54,569 nucleotides of DNA from a virus (IMGVR_UViG_3300025886_000032:1-54569); one strand, 5' to 3'; shown: positions 9,137 through 15,204, numbered from the stretch's first letter. A program made the numbers and translations. The notes: a model not told the origin generated them from the sequence alone.

Positions 9137-9310
9137 ACCACGAAAAGCCCGTACCTTTTGAGTACGAGCCTGACATATGAGTAAGAGCAGTCATTTGATT
9201 AGTGTCACGGTTATCCATCCGATGGGAGTTCGACATTTGCCTATACGCTTTGTACCTCCATATCACACATATTATTTATTCGCTGAACATTTTCACATTA
9301 TTCGTGGAAA
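9129..9310 (-). ncRNA. putative structured non-coding / cis-regulatory RNA
   Basis: About 190-nt ORF-free, GC-elevated gap; CCACGAA (9301-9307) can pair with UUCGUGG (9138-9144); contains a hairpin shared with 11214-11257. Confidence 0.5.
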
Positions 9311-9325
9311 CTAAACTACTATTAA

Positions 9326-9766
9326 CTAACTAACAGTTTCTTCAATTTCTTCGGCTTCTAAGCCATATTCATCTTTTAATTCTTGTATTTCAGCTGGCGT
9401 TAAGCCATAACCTTCTTCATCATTATTTTCAATAATGTCGTCGATAGTTTCACCAAAATGTTCAAGCATTGCATCATCCATGTATAAGTCATCCCATAGG
9501 TATTCATCCATATGTAATAGAGTTTCGCTACCGCCATTGTATTGTATTTCTTCCATAACAGCAGATGCTAGATCAGATTCATAATAGTATACGTTTTCAC
9601 AGATGTTTATATCTTTTAAACTATGAGTCAATACCCATACATCATAGCCATCTACGGTGGATTCATTGTAGCAATACAAGTCACAGCCATCATTAAAGCT
9701 GTCAGTTATTGTTAAACCAAGAGCTTTCTTAGCTATTTTAATCATTTTTTCTTCAGTTAGTGTCAT
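9326..9766 (-). CDS. highly acidic hypothetical protein
   Basis: 146-aa D/E-rich ORF. Confidence 0.75.
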   Translation of the reverse strand: MTLTEEKMIKIAKKALGLTITDSFNDGCDLYCYNESTVDGYDVWVLTHSLKDINICENVYYYESDLASAVMEEIQYNGGSETLLHMDEYLWDDLYMDDAMLEHFGETIDDIIENNDEEGYGLTPAEIQELKDEYGLEAEEIEETVS

Positions 9767-9771
9767 ATTAT

Positions 9772-9864
9772 TTAATTTAGTATTGAGACAGTTAGTAAAA
9801 TTGTATAGATTAATAGCGCTAAAACTGCCAATATTAGCGCTAAATCTCTTTTATCTTTATGCAT
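9772..9864 (-). CDS. small single-pass membrane peptide (30 aa)
   Basis: Manual: MHKDKRDLALILAVLALLIYTILLTVSILN; fills the gap and overlaps the upstream stop. Confidence 0.5.
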   Translation of the reverse strand: MHKDKRDLALILAVLALLIYTILLTVSILN

Positions 9865-10207
9865 TTGACTTGTTGATTTGCTTTATTGTATATAATACAA
9901 GTCTTTTTAGTCTTTCAGCTCTGTTCCAGATTAACATTCTGTTGTTTCTTTCAAATTCAACTTTGTTACCATTCCAGTTTATAGACTTTTCAATTGTCTT
10001 ATATTGTGGATTTAGTTGATAACAAGTATATATTCCACCATTTTTGTTTAGTATATTTTTTCTAATATAACCTGTTTTGTGTTCAGATATACAGTCACCT
10101 GTTGGTAATGTAAAGCAAGTTGTACCTCTTTTTATTTGAGATGGACTTGATGTATCTTTAGCACCTAGTGCTTTCAATGTTTCTAAAGCTAGTTTTTCTT
10201 CGTTCAT
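9857..10207 (-). CDS. hypothetical protein
   Basis: 116-aa ORF in early gene run. Confidence 0.7.
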   Translation of the reverse strand: MNEEKLALETLKALGAKDTSSPSQIKRGTTCFTLPTGDCISEHKTGYIRKNILNKNGGIYTCYQLNPQYKTIEKSINWNGNKVEFERNNRMLIWNRAERLKRLVLYTIKQINKSNA

Positions 10208-10209
10208 AT

Positions 10210-10431
10210 TTATTTATTTATTAGCCATTCACCCCATATAAGTTGTGACTGAGTAAGATCATGGTAAAATACATCGCCAAATGTGCAAACAGATCTTAGC
10301 TCATCAATAGTTAAGTCAGAGTAATTGTTTTTTTGTTTTAGTTTATCAAATAACCAGTTTACAGATTCATACTCTTTAGCATTTTCTTTCAATTTGGCTT
10401 TGATATGTGGTTTTAATTTATCGTATAACAT
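10210..10431 (-). CDS. hypothetical protein
   Basis: 73-aa ORF directly after a class A motif. Confidence 0.75.
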   Translation of the reverse strand: MLYDKLKPHIKAKLKENAKEYESVNWLFDKLKQKNNYSDLTIDELRSVCTFGDVFYHDLTQSQLIWGEWLINK

Positions 10432-10436
10432 ATTTA

Positions 10437-10468
10437 TATTATCTTATAGTGTTCGTATTTAGTTTGTA
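10437..10468 (-). promoter_or_regulatory. class A promoter motif copy 3
   Basis: TACAAA ct AAATACGA acactataa GATAATA; ATG (10431) 6 nt after GATAAT. Confidence 0.8.
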
Positions 10469-10656
10469 ATTTGTTTTTTAGTCATAGTTTTAACCTTTTC
10501 TTTTAGCTCTTTTGATATTTGAGTATAAAAACCAGGTGCAAATATAGATGTTTTACCTTCTTTTTCCATCTGTAATATATCGCTTTCAACTTGAGCTACA
10601 TAAAAAGTAAGTGCATCTATTATAAGATGTGACTCCATTCCGTTAAATTTCTTCAT
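10459..10656 (-). CDS. hypothetical protein
   Basis: 65-aa ORF, TAATG-coupled. Confidence 0.7.
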   Translation of the reverse strand: MKKFNGMESHLIIDALTFYVAQVESDILQMEKEGKTSIFAPGFYTQISKELKEKVKTMTKKQITN

Positions 10657-10808
10657 TATTTTAAGTTTTCTCGTCTATTTACTAAGTATTGTTCAAGTGC
10701 GTTGTAGAAATCTAATCTACTATTGTTTTCTCTAATACGTTTTACCTCGTTTAAAGGTATATCGTAATCACTTGACGTTTGTTTTAAAAAGTTTAATGAG
10801 TAGTTCAT
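10656..10808 (-). CDS. small hypothetical protein (50 aa)
   Basis: Manual: MNYSLNFLKQTSSDYDIPLNEV...; TAATG overlaps at both ends. Confidence 0.6.
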   Translation of the reverse strand: MNYSLNFLKQTSSDYDIPLNEVKRIRENNSRLDFYNALEQYLVNRRENLK

Positions 10809-11197
10809 TATTTTAGTTCTTGTATTAGTTTATGTATAATTTTACCGTGATTTTCATGATAAAACTCGAACCATTCGTCTTCAAATAGCTCTAAACCTGC
10901 TTCAGTTAAGTATTCTGTTGAGTCAAATACATAGTGTTTATTCATTTCATCACAAACTGCTTGAAATATTAAGTCATAAATGTGGCCATCTAGATCTTCT
11001 ATTATATTTTTAACAGTTTGATCTACCATTGCATGCTCAAAAGGATTTTTGTGTCGAAGTTGATGTTCAGCTATTGCTTTAGCTGTAGACTCACTACATG
11101 GATGAGTTCTGTTGTCTTTAACTTTCTCAATTTGAATATCTAAAGCTCTTTGATACTCTTTTGATTGTCTAATCTCGTTTAGTGTTCTTTGTTTCAT
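10808..11197 (-). CDS. hypothetical protein
   Basis: 129-aa ORF. Confidence 0.75.
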   Translation of the reverse strand: MKQRTLNEIRQSKEYQRALDIQIEKVKDNRTHPCSESTAKAIAEHQLRHKNPFEHAMVDQTVKNIIEDLDGHIYDLIFQAVCDEMNKHYVFDSTEYLTEAGLELFEDEWFEFYHENHGKIIHKLIQELK

Positions 11198-11213
11198 ATT
11201 AGTTTATTTTATC

Positions 11214-11257
11214 TACCACGAAAAGCCCATACCGGTTAAGTATGAGCTATAATTCGT
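11214..11257 (-). terminator. conserved stem-loop (terminator-like or processing site), copy 2
   Basis: AGCUCAUACU-UAACC-GGUAUGGGCU then UUUCGUGGUA; homologous to 9136-9170. Confidence 0.6.
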
Positions 11258-11267
11258 CAGTTGTTTG

Positions 11268-11411
11268 TCAACTTGTTACGTAAGTTAAACCTTTGTAGTT
11301 AAACCACGATGTTATGTCATCTGGTATACTATCTATAGTGTAACCTTTTAATAATTTGCCATCTAATCTAATTAGTGATCTGTCGCTTGGGTAAAATTTA
11401 ATTGTTTTCAT
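11268..11411 (-). CDS. small hypothetical protein (47 aa)
   Basis: Manual: MKTIKFYPSDRSLIRLDGKLLKGY...WFNYKGLTYVTS; follows a class A motif. Confidence 0.7.
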   Translation of the reverse strand: MKTIKFYPSDRSLIRLDGKLLKGYTIDSIPDDITSWFNYKGLTYVTS

Positions 11412-11416
11412 GTTAT

Positions 11417-11448
11417 TATTATCTATTAGTGTTCGTATTTAATTTGTA
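11417..11448 (-). promoter_or_regulatory. class A promoter motif copy 4
   Basis: TACAAA tt AAATACGA acactaata GATAATA; ATG (11411) 6 nt after GATAAT. Confidence 0.8.
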
Positions 11449-11610
11449 ATCTTGTATTAGTTTTCTTACTTCTGCACCTAGTTCTTGATTATTAGGATGT
11501 TTTATAGCTAGTTCTTTAACTACTAGTGCAAAAGTTGCTAGTAAAGATCTATTATCTTCTATTTGTTGTAAATCTTTATCCATAAAATCCCACTCTCTAT
11601 CTCTATTCAT
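11419..11610 (-). CDS. hypothetical protein
   Basis: 63-aa ORF with HPNNQELGAEVR motif. Confidence 0.7.
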   Translation of the reverse strand: MNRDREWDFMDKDLQQIEDNRSLLATFALVVKELAIKHPNNQELGAEVRKLIQDYKLNTNTNR

Positions 11611-11773
11611 TTTCTACACTTAAACTTATTATTAAATCACCTTCATATATTTTCTTAGCTTGCATTAGTGAGTATGTCCACTTTTGCCACTCTGTTCCAC
11701 ATTTCTGTGTCCAACCGTAGATACCATCTTGTATATCTTGAGCTATTGCTTCAATTTTTTGTTGTTCAGTCAT
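11603..11773 (-). CDS. small hypothetical protein (56 aa)
   Basis: Manual: MTEQQKIEAIAQDIQDGIYGWTQKCGTEWQKW... Confidence 0.65.
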   Translation of the reverse strand: MTEQQKIEAIAQDIQDGIYGWTQKCGTEWQKWTYSLMQAKKIYEGDLIISLSVENE

Positions 11774-11961
11774 TGTTTTTCTATTATTTTTTGTATATAT
11801 TCTTCATTGTCTATTATGTCGACGGCTAAATCTAGCAAATCTCGCAAACCGTTTAACTCATACTCATTTAAGTTTTCTGTTTCGCCATTATTTATTGCTT
11901 GTACACAATCATTTAAATCTCTTGCAGTATTTTCAAACCTGCAGTAACTCATATTGCTCAT
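11770..11961 (-). CDS. conserved small phage protein
   Basis: MSNMSYCRFENT..DL.DC motif typical of phage early genes. Confidence 0.75.
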   Translation of the reverse strand: MSNMSYCRFENTARDLNDCVQAINNGETENLNEYELNGLRDLLDLAVDIIDNEEYIQKIIEKQ

Positions 11962-12110
11962 TTCTTTTTAGTTTTTAATATGTTAATCTCACTTTTTAAC
12001 TGGTGGATTTCAGTTTGACACTTTCTCATTTGTAGTTTATTACCCGTATCTTGGTAAAATTGATTCCATGAGTACAAATTTTGTAATGATTTAATCTTTT
12101 TTGCTATCAT
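11958..12110 (-). CDS. small hypothetical protein (50 aa)
   Basis: Manual: MIAKKIKSLQNLYSWNQFY...; ATGA-coupled to next gene. Confidence 0.6.
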   Translation of the reverse strand: MIAKKIKSLQNLYSWNQFYQDTGNKLQMRKCQTEIHQLKSEINILKTKKK

Positions 12111-12351
12111 TATCTTTTATTTTAGTTATTAAATTGTGTATTTCATCATAATTGAAAGTAGAATACACCTTATCTACTTCTTTTTGTACGTATTCGTACG
12201 TAAATTCTTTCATTGAAACACCAAACAGTGAGACAACTAGATCGCGAGGTGAATAACCATAAGGAGATTTATGTTTATTGAAGATCATGAGTTTGATATT
12301 ACCGTCACCGTAATTGATTGCTGTTAAGTTGTCTGTATTTATATATTTCAT
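12091..12351 (-). CDS. hypothetical protein
   Basis: 86-aa ORF directly after a class A motif. Confidence 0.7.
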   Translation of the reverse strand: MKYINTDNLTAINYGDGNIKLMIFNKHKSPYGYSPRDLVVSLFGVSMKEFTYEYVQKEVDKVYSTFNYDEIHNLITKIKDNDSKKD

Positions 12352-12356
12352 ATTTA

Positions 12357-12388
12357 TATTATCTTTTAAGTATTGTATTATTTTTGTA
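12357..12388 (-). promoter_or_regulatory. class A promoter motif copy 5
   Basis: TACAAA aa TAATACAA tacttaaaa GATAATA; ATG (12351) 6 nt after GATAAT. Confidence 0.8.
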
Positions 12389-12809
12389 TTAATTTTGAAA
12401 GTTTTATTATATTATTATATTGGTTTTGAGATATTTCTAAATTATCTAAAGCTCTATTAATATAACGCTTTGCAATTTCTTCGTCAACTTCTAAATAATC
12501 AATGTAAGTTTTACCTATGTGCTCATAAGATTTATCGTTACCGATAGTGGTTAATGAACATCCATTTATTATTTTAGCTTTACGTTGACTTGTTGAACCA
12601 CCAGACATTGATCTTAGTATACCAAAACCTGCTCTTCGAGTAAGTTTACTAGCTTTGTCTGCATCTTCACGTGACATTACTTGAATAGTATTGCCAGTTT
12701 TATGATGGATAGTGTCAATACAACCGAGTTTTTCTTCAGTTGAACACTCGACACAGACGGTATAGCCAAGATCTAATCTTGCTTGTGGAATATTGTGGTT
12801 ACATTTCAT
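12378..12809 (-). CDS. protein with N-terminal DksA/TraR-like zinc finger
   Basis: C...IPQARL.LGYTVCVECS. Confidence 0.6.
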   Translation of the reverse strand: MKCNHNIPQARLDLGYTVCVECSTEEKLGCIDTIHHKTGNTIQVMSREDADKASKLTRRAGFGILRSMSGGSTSQRKAKIINGCSLTTIGNDKSYEHIGKTYIDYLEVDEEIAKRYINRALDNLEISQNQYNNIIKLSKLIQK

Positions 12810-12814
12810 ATATA

Positions 12815-12846
12815 TATTATCTAACGGTGATTGTATTTATTTTGTA
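12815..12846 (-). promoter_or_regulatory. class A promoter motif copy 6
   Basis: TACAAA at AAATACAA tcaccgtta GATAATA; ATG (12809) 6 nt after GATAAT. Confidence 0.8.
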
Positions 12847-13068
12847 TTATTTTAAATCTTCATTAGTCATTGGTTGAAATAATTCACTTCTCATATACTT
12901 TACTATTTTTATAGTCATTTCATTGAATAAATTCATATAAGCGTCATTAGTTTCTGGGAAGTTTTCATGTTCCTGTAGTTCATATTCTAGCTCATTAGCT
13001 AGTTTTTCATATAGTGAGTCAACTACTCTCACAGTAATTTCGTCTTTTTCTTCGTTAGTTATTTTCAT
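12847..13068 (-). CDS. hypothetical protein
   Basis: 73-aa acidic ORF. Confidence 0.7.
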   Translation of the reverse strand: MKITNEEKDEITVRVVDSLYEKLANELEYELQEHENFPETNDAYMNLFNEMTIKIVKYMRSELFQPMTNEDLK

Positions 13069-13069
13069 A

Positions 13070-13288
13070 TTATTTATTTATTAGTAAATCTTCAGTTTCA
13101 TTTAATATATTTAAGTAGTATTCTGCATAAGTAGTATCCATACTTCCACTATTTAAATCTTCATATACCCAACTTTTAATGTATTGTACATTAGTAAGAG
13201 CTTCTTCAACTTTAGTTCCATCTTTTTTAGCTGTGTATCCAAGTAATCCACTTGCGATAACACTCATTGACATTATTATTTTATTCAT
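13070..13288 (-). CDS. hypothetical protein with N-terminal hydrophobic segment
   Basis: MNKIIMSMSVIASGLLGY. Confidence 0.65.
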   Translation of the reverse strand: MNKIIMSMSVIASGLLGYTAKKDGTKVEEALTNVQYIKSWVYEDLNSGSMDTTYAEYYLNILNETEDLLINK

Positions 13289-13358
13289 ATTATTTATATT
13301 TAGTTTTCTATCATTCCCATTATTATTGATAGAGTTGTTAAGGTTATAATTATTGTTA

Positions 13359-13517
13359 TCATATTACTTGTACTTTATATATTACTTCTTCCATTACTAT
13401 TCCTAGTTCTTCCATGAAATCTCTCATGTCGTCACAAATGTAGTTTTTATCATTAGTTAAATATAGTGGTTCTTCTATTTCACCATAGTATATTTCAAAT
13501 TCATAGTTATCTATCAT
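13359..13517 (-). CDS. small acidic protein (52 aa) downstream of the hammerhead
   Basis: Manual: MIDNYEFEIYYGEIEEPLYL...; A-rich leader. Confidence 0.6.
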   Translation of the reverse strand: MIDNYEFEIYYGEIEEPLYLTNDKNYICDDMRDFMEELGIVMEEVIYKVQVI

Positions 13518-13531
13518 ATTATTTATTTATT

Positions 13532-13581
13532 GTTTAAGACTACTTACGTAGTTTCGAGTATTAAACTCTCGTCAGTTAAAC
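13532..13581 (-). ncRNA. hammerhead ribozyme, type I
   Basis: GUUUAA CUGACGA GAGU-uuaau-ACUC GAAA CUAC-guaa-GUAG UC^UUAAAC: complete core with stems I-III all paired, intergenic. Confidence 0.92.
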
Positions 13582-13586
13582 TTATT

Positions 13587-13754
13587 TTAATATCCCCATT
13601 TATCAACTTCAGATTCATAAGGTGGATTTAACCACTTTGGATTATTTACCATTTCATCATGACACCATTGTTTCTCGTTGTCACCAAGTTGTTCGTAGTG
13701 CATATCAAATTCTGACATTGCTACTTTATCTATTGTAGTATTTATATTATTCAT
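13587..13754 (-). CDS. small hypothetical protein (55 aa)
   Basis: Manual: MNNINTTIDKVAMSEFDMHYEQLGDNEKQWCHDE...; ATGA-coupled. Confidence 0.65.
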   Translation of the reverse strand: MNNINTTIDKVAMSEFDMHYEQLGDNEKQWCHDEMVNNPKWLNPPYESEVDKWGY

Positions 13755-13951
13755 AGTACTTGATTTAGTAGTTCATAAACATCATCTTGTTGAGTTTTGT
13801 TTAGTGTCATGAAAACACCATTAGCTTCACCAGGATAATTTAGAACATGGTTTATACATTGTTGAGTAAGTTCAGCTTGATTTACTGTTTGATTCATTTC
13901 ATCAAAAGCTTTTGACCAAGACCAGTTTGAAGGATTATTTGGATTATACAT
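13751..13951 (-). CDS. hypothetical protein
   Basis: 66-aa ORF with A-rich leader. Confidence 0.7.
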   Translation of the reverse strand: MYNPNNPSNWSWSKAFDEMNQTVNQAELTQQCINHVLNYPGEANGVFMTLNKTQQDDVYELLNQVL

Positions 13952-13990
13952 AGTTATTTATTTTATTTAGTTATTAATTAGTTTGTGGTG

Positions 13991-14044
13991 AGTCAAGTGT
14001 TCGTTTTATTTAGAGACGCTAAAGTATGACTATCAACTACGTCT
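13991..14044 (-). ncRNA. putative H-type pseudoknot leader RNA
   Basis: AGACG/CGUCU stem; loop AGUCA complementary to downstream UGACU across an A-rich linker; immediately after class A copy 7. Confidence 0.4.
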
Positions 14045-14055
14045 GTTGTTTATTA

Positions 14056-14087
14056 TATTATCTTTTAAGTATTGTATTTAATTTGTA
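14056..14087 (-). promoter_or_regulatory. class A promoter motif copy 7
   Basis: TACAAA tt AAATACAA tacttaaaa GATAATA; followed by a ~100-nt leader. Confidence 0.8.
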
Positions 14088-14245
14088 TAAGCTGGACAGT
14101 TATTGTAGTTTTTATTTACATGCATTCCATATTTAGTTATAGATACTTTACTTGTAGTTTTACATGAAGTAGATAACATTGATAGTATTATTATTGAAAT
14201 TACTATTGTTAAAGTACCGACATGAGTTGTATTTAGTTTATTCAT
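14078..14245 (-). CDS. small lipoprotein (55 aa)
   Basis: Manual: MNKLNTTHVGTLTIVISIIILSMLSTS-C-KTTSK...NNCPAYTN; hydrophobic signal plus lipobox Cys. Confidence 0.65.
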   Translation of the reverse strand: MNKLNTTHVGTLTIVISIIILSMLSTSCKTTSKVSITKYGMHVNKNYNNCPAYTN

Positions 14246-14347
14246 TTTATTGTTTTTAAAAGGTGTATATTTATTTATTAGTTATTATTAGTTGTTAGGT
14301 CTAGCACTTGTTCTCTCATTAACTTACATAGTTAATATTATAAAAGT

Positions 14348-14392
14348 GTGACATTAGCTAGTTAAATAAGTAGAGTAACTACCTATTGTCAC
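14348..14392. promoter_or_regulatory. palindromic site copy 2
   Basis: GTGACATTAG-N13-TAGAGTAA-N4-CTATTGTCAC, intergenic. Confidence 0.75.
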
Positions 14393-14395
14393 ATA

Positions 14396-14647
14396 TTACT
14401 CAGATACTAAATGATCTAAGATTTCACTGTATTCTCTACAGAATTTTGGAACAGTATTACTATTTGTATAAGATTTGTACTGTTGGAAACATGGCATACT
14501 TTCAAACTTTTCTTGAAATGTTGAATAGATTTCATCATGATCATAAGTAAATTTATAGCCTTTTTTGTTAGTGAAAGTGATTACAGTATTTGTACCGAGT
14601 AAAGACTTTCTGATTACAAATCTTTTAGTTGTTATTTTATTATTCAT
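14396..14647 (-). CDS. hypothetical protein
   Basis: 83-aa ORF (RFVIRKSLLG...YTNSNTVPKF). Confidence 0.75.
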   Translation of the reverse strand: MNNKITTKRFVIRKSLLGTNTVITFTNKKGYKFTYDHDEIYSTFQEKFESMPCFQQYKSYTNSNTVPKFCREYSEILDHLVSE

Positions 14648-14692
14648 AGTTTATATTTATTTATTTATTTATATTTAGTTTAGTTATGTTAT

Positions 14693-14724
14693 TATTATCT
14701 TTTGTAGTTTGTATTTTGTTTGTA
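14693..14724 (-). promoter_or_regulatory. class A promoter motif copy 8
   Basis: TACAAA ca AAATACAA actacaaaa GATAATA. Confidence 0.8.
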
Positions 14725-14748
14725 ATTAATTAGTTTGTATTTAGTTAA

Positions 14749-14886
14749 TTATTTATTTAACTTATTTATTAAATATTTTAACGATTCTGATAAACCAAAG
14801 TCTGTTACGTTACCGTTTAAGTATTGGTTTAATTCGTCGATAGTTGCGAGTATTTCGATTTTAGTATTATTATTTATATTTTGCAT
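14749..14886 (-). CDS. first left-arm gene, small hypothetical protein (45 aa)
   Basis: Manual: MQNINNNTKIEILATIDELNQYLNGNVTDFGLSESLKYLINKLNK. Confidence 0.6.
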   Translation of the reverse strand: MQNINNNTKIEILATIDELNQYLNGNVTDFGLSESLKYLINKLNK

Positions 14887-14933
14887 AGTATTATTTTTAT
14901 TTAGTTATTATTTATTTATTTATCTTATACTAT

Positions 14934-14965
14934 TATTATCTTAACCACTCTGTATTATATTTGTA
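14934..14965 (-). promoter_or_regulatory. class A promoter motif copy 9
   Basis: TACAAA ta TAATACAG agtggttaa GATAATA. Confidence 0.78.
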
Positions 14966-14994
14966 TTAAATTTAGTTAGTTAATTGAAATGTCA

Positions 14995-15125
14995 AAGGCC
15001 TAATGGTATCGGAGGGGCCAGGGGTAAACGTCAAACGTATACGATATGGGGAATAAAACGAAGGGGGCCCATGAAATGAAAACGTAAAAGGTTATTGGCC
15101 TTGGTCGTAGGGGGGAGGGGGCAAC
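14995..15125. other. G-rich non-coding island at the strand switch (candidate origin, packaging or terminus region)
   Basis: Six G4-G6 runs on the plus strand and repeated AAACG in an otherwise AT-rich region; gene orientation diverges here. Confidence 0.5.
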
Positions 15126-15160
15126 ACAAATAATATACACATCTAATATAATTAAAAAAG

Positions 15161-15204
15161 GTGACACTAGGTACCTAGTATATAGAGTAACAGGCTACTG
15201 TCAC
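15161..15204. promoter_or_regulatory. palindromic site copy 3
   Basis: GTGACACTAG-N12-TAGAGTAA-N4-CTACTGTCAC. Confidence 0.75.

Noticed and set aside
9814-9845. Repeated TAGCGCTA palindromes
   Set aside because: Explained by Leu-Ala-Leu codons of the 30-aa membrane peptide 9772-9864.
11197-11280. Second hammerhead suggested by intergenic CUGACGA at 11254-11260 (minus)
   Set aside because: No stem II closed by GAAA and no NUH / stem III partner; the ACGAA is better explained as pairing with the hairpin tail.
14250-14930. TTAG/TTAT microsatellite-like runs
   Set aside because: Consistent with A-rich Bacteroidota-type translation leaders on the minus strand, with no fixed unit or spacing.
997-14944. 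Plus-strand ORFs in the left arm (and minus-strand ORFs in the right arm)
   Set aside because: They are antisense to tightly packed, translationally coupled genes and have no credible leaders or motifs.
2206-14965. Class A repeats as a CRISPR array or as host TAnnTTTG promoters on the plus strand
   Set aside because: Copies are dispersed with genes between them and no cas genes are present; most copies do not fit TAnnTTTG spacing and would point antisense.
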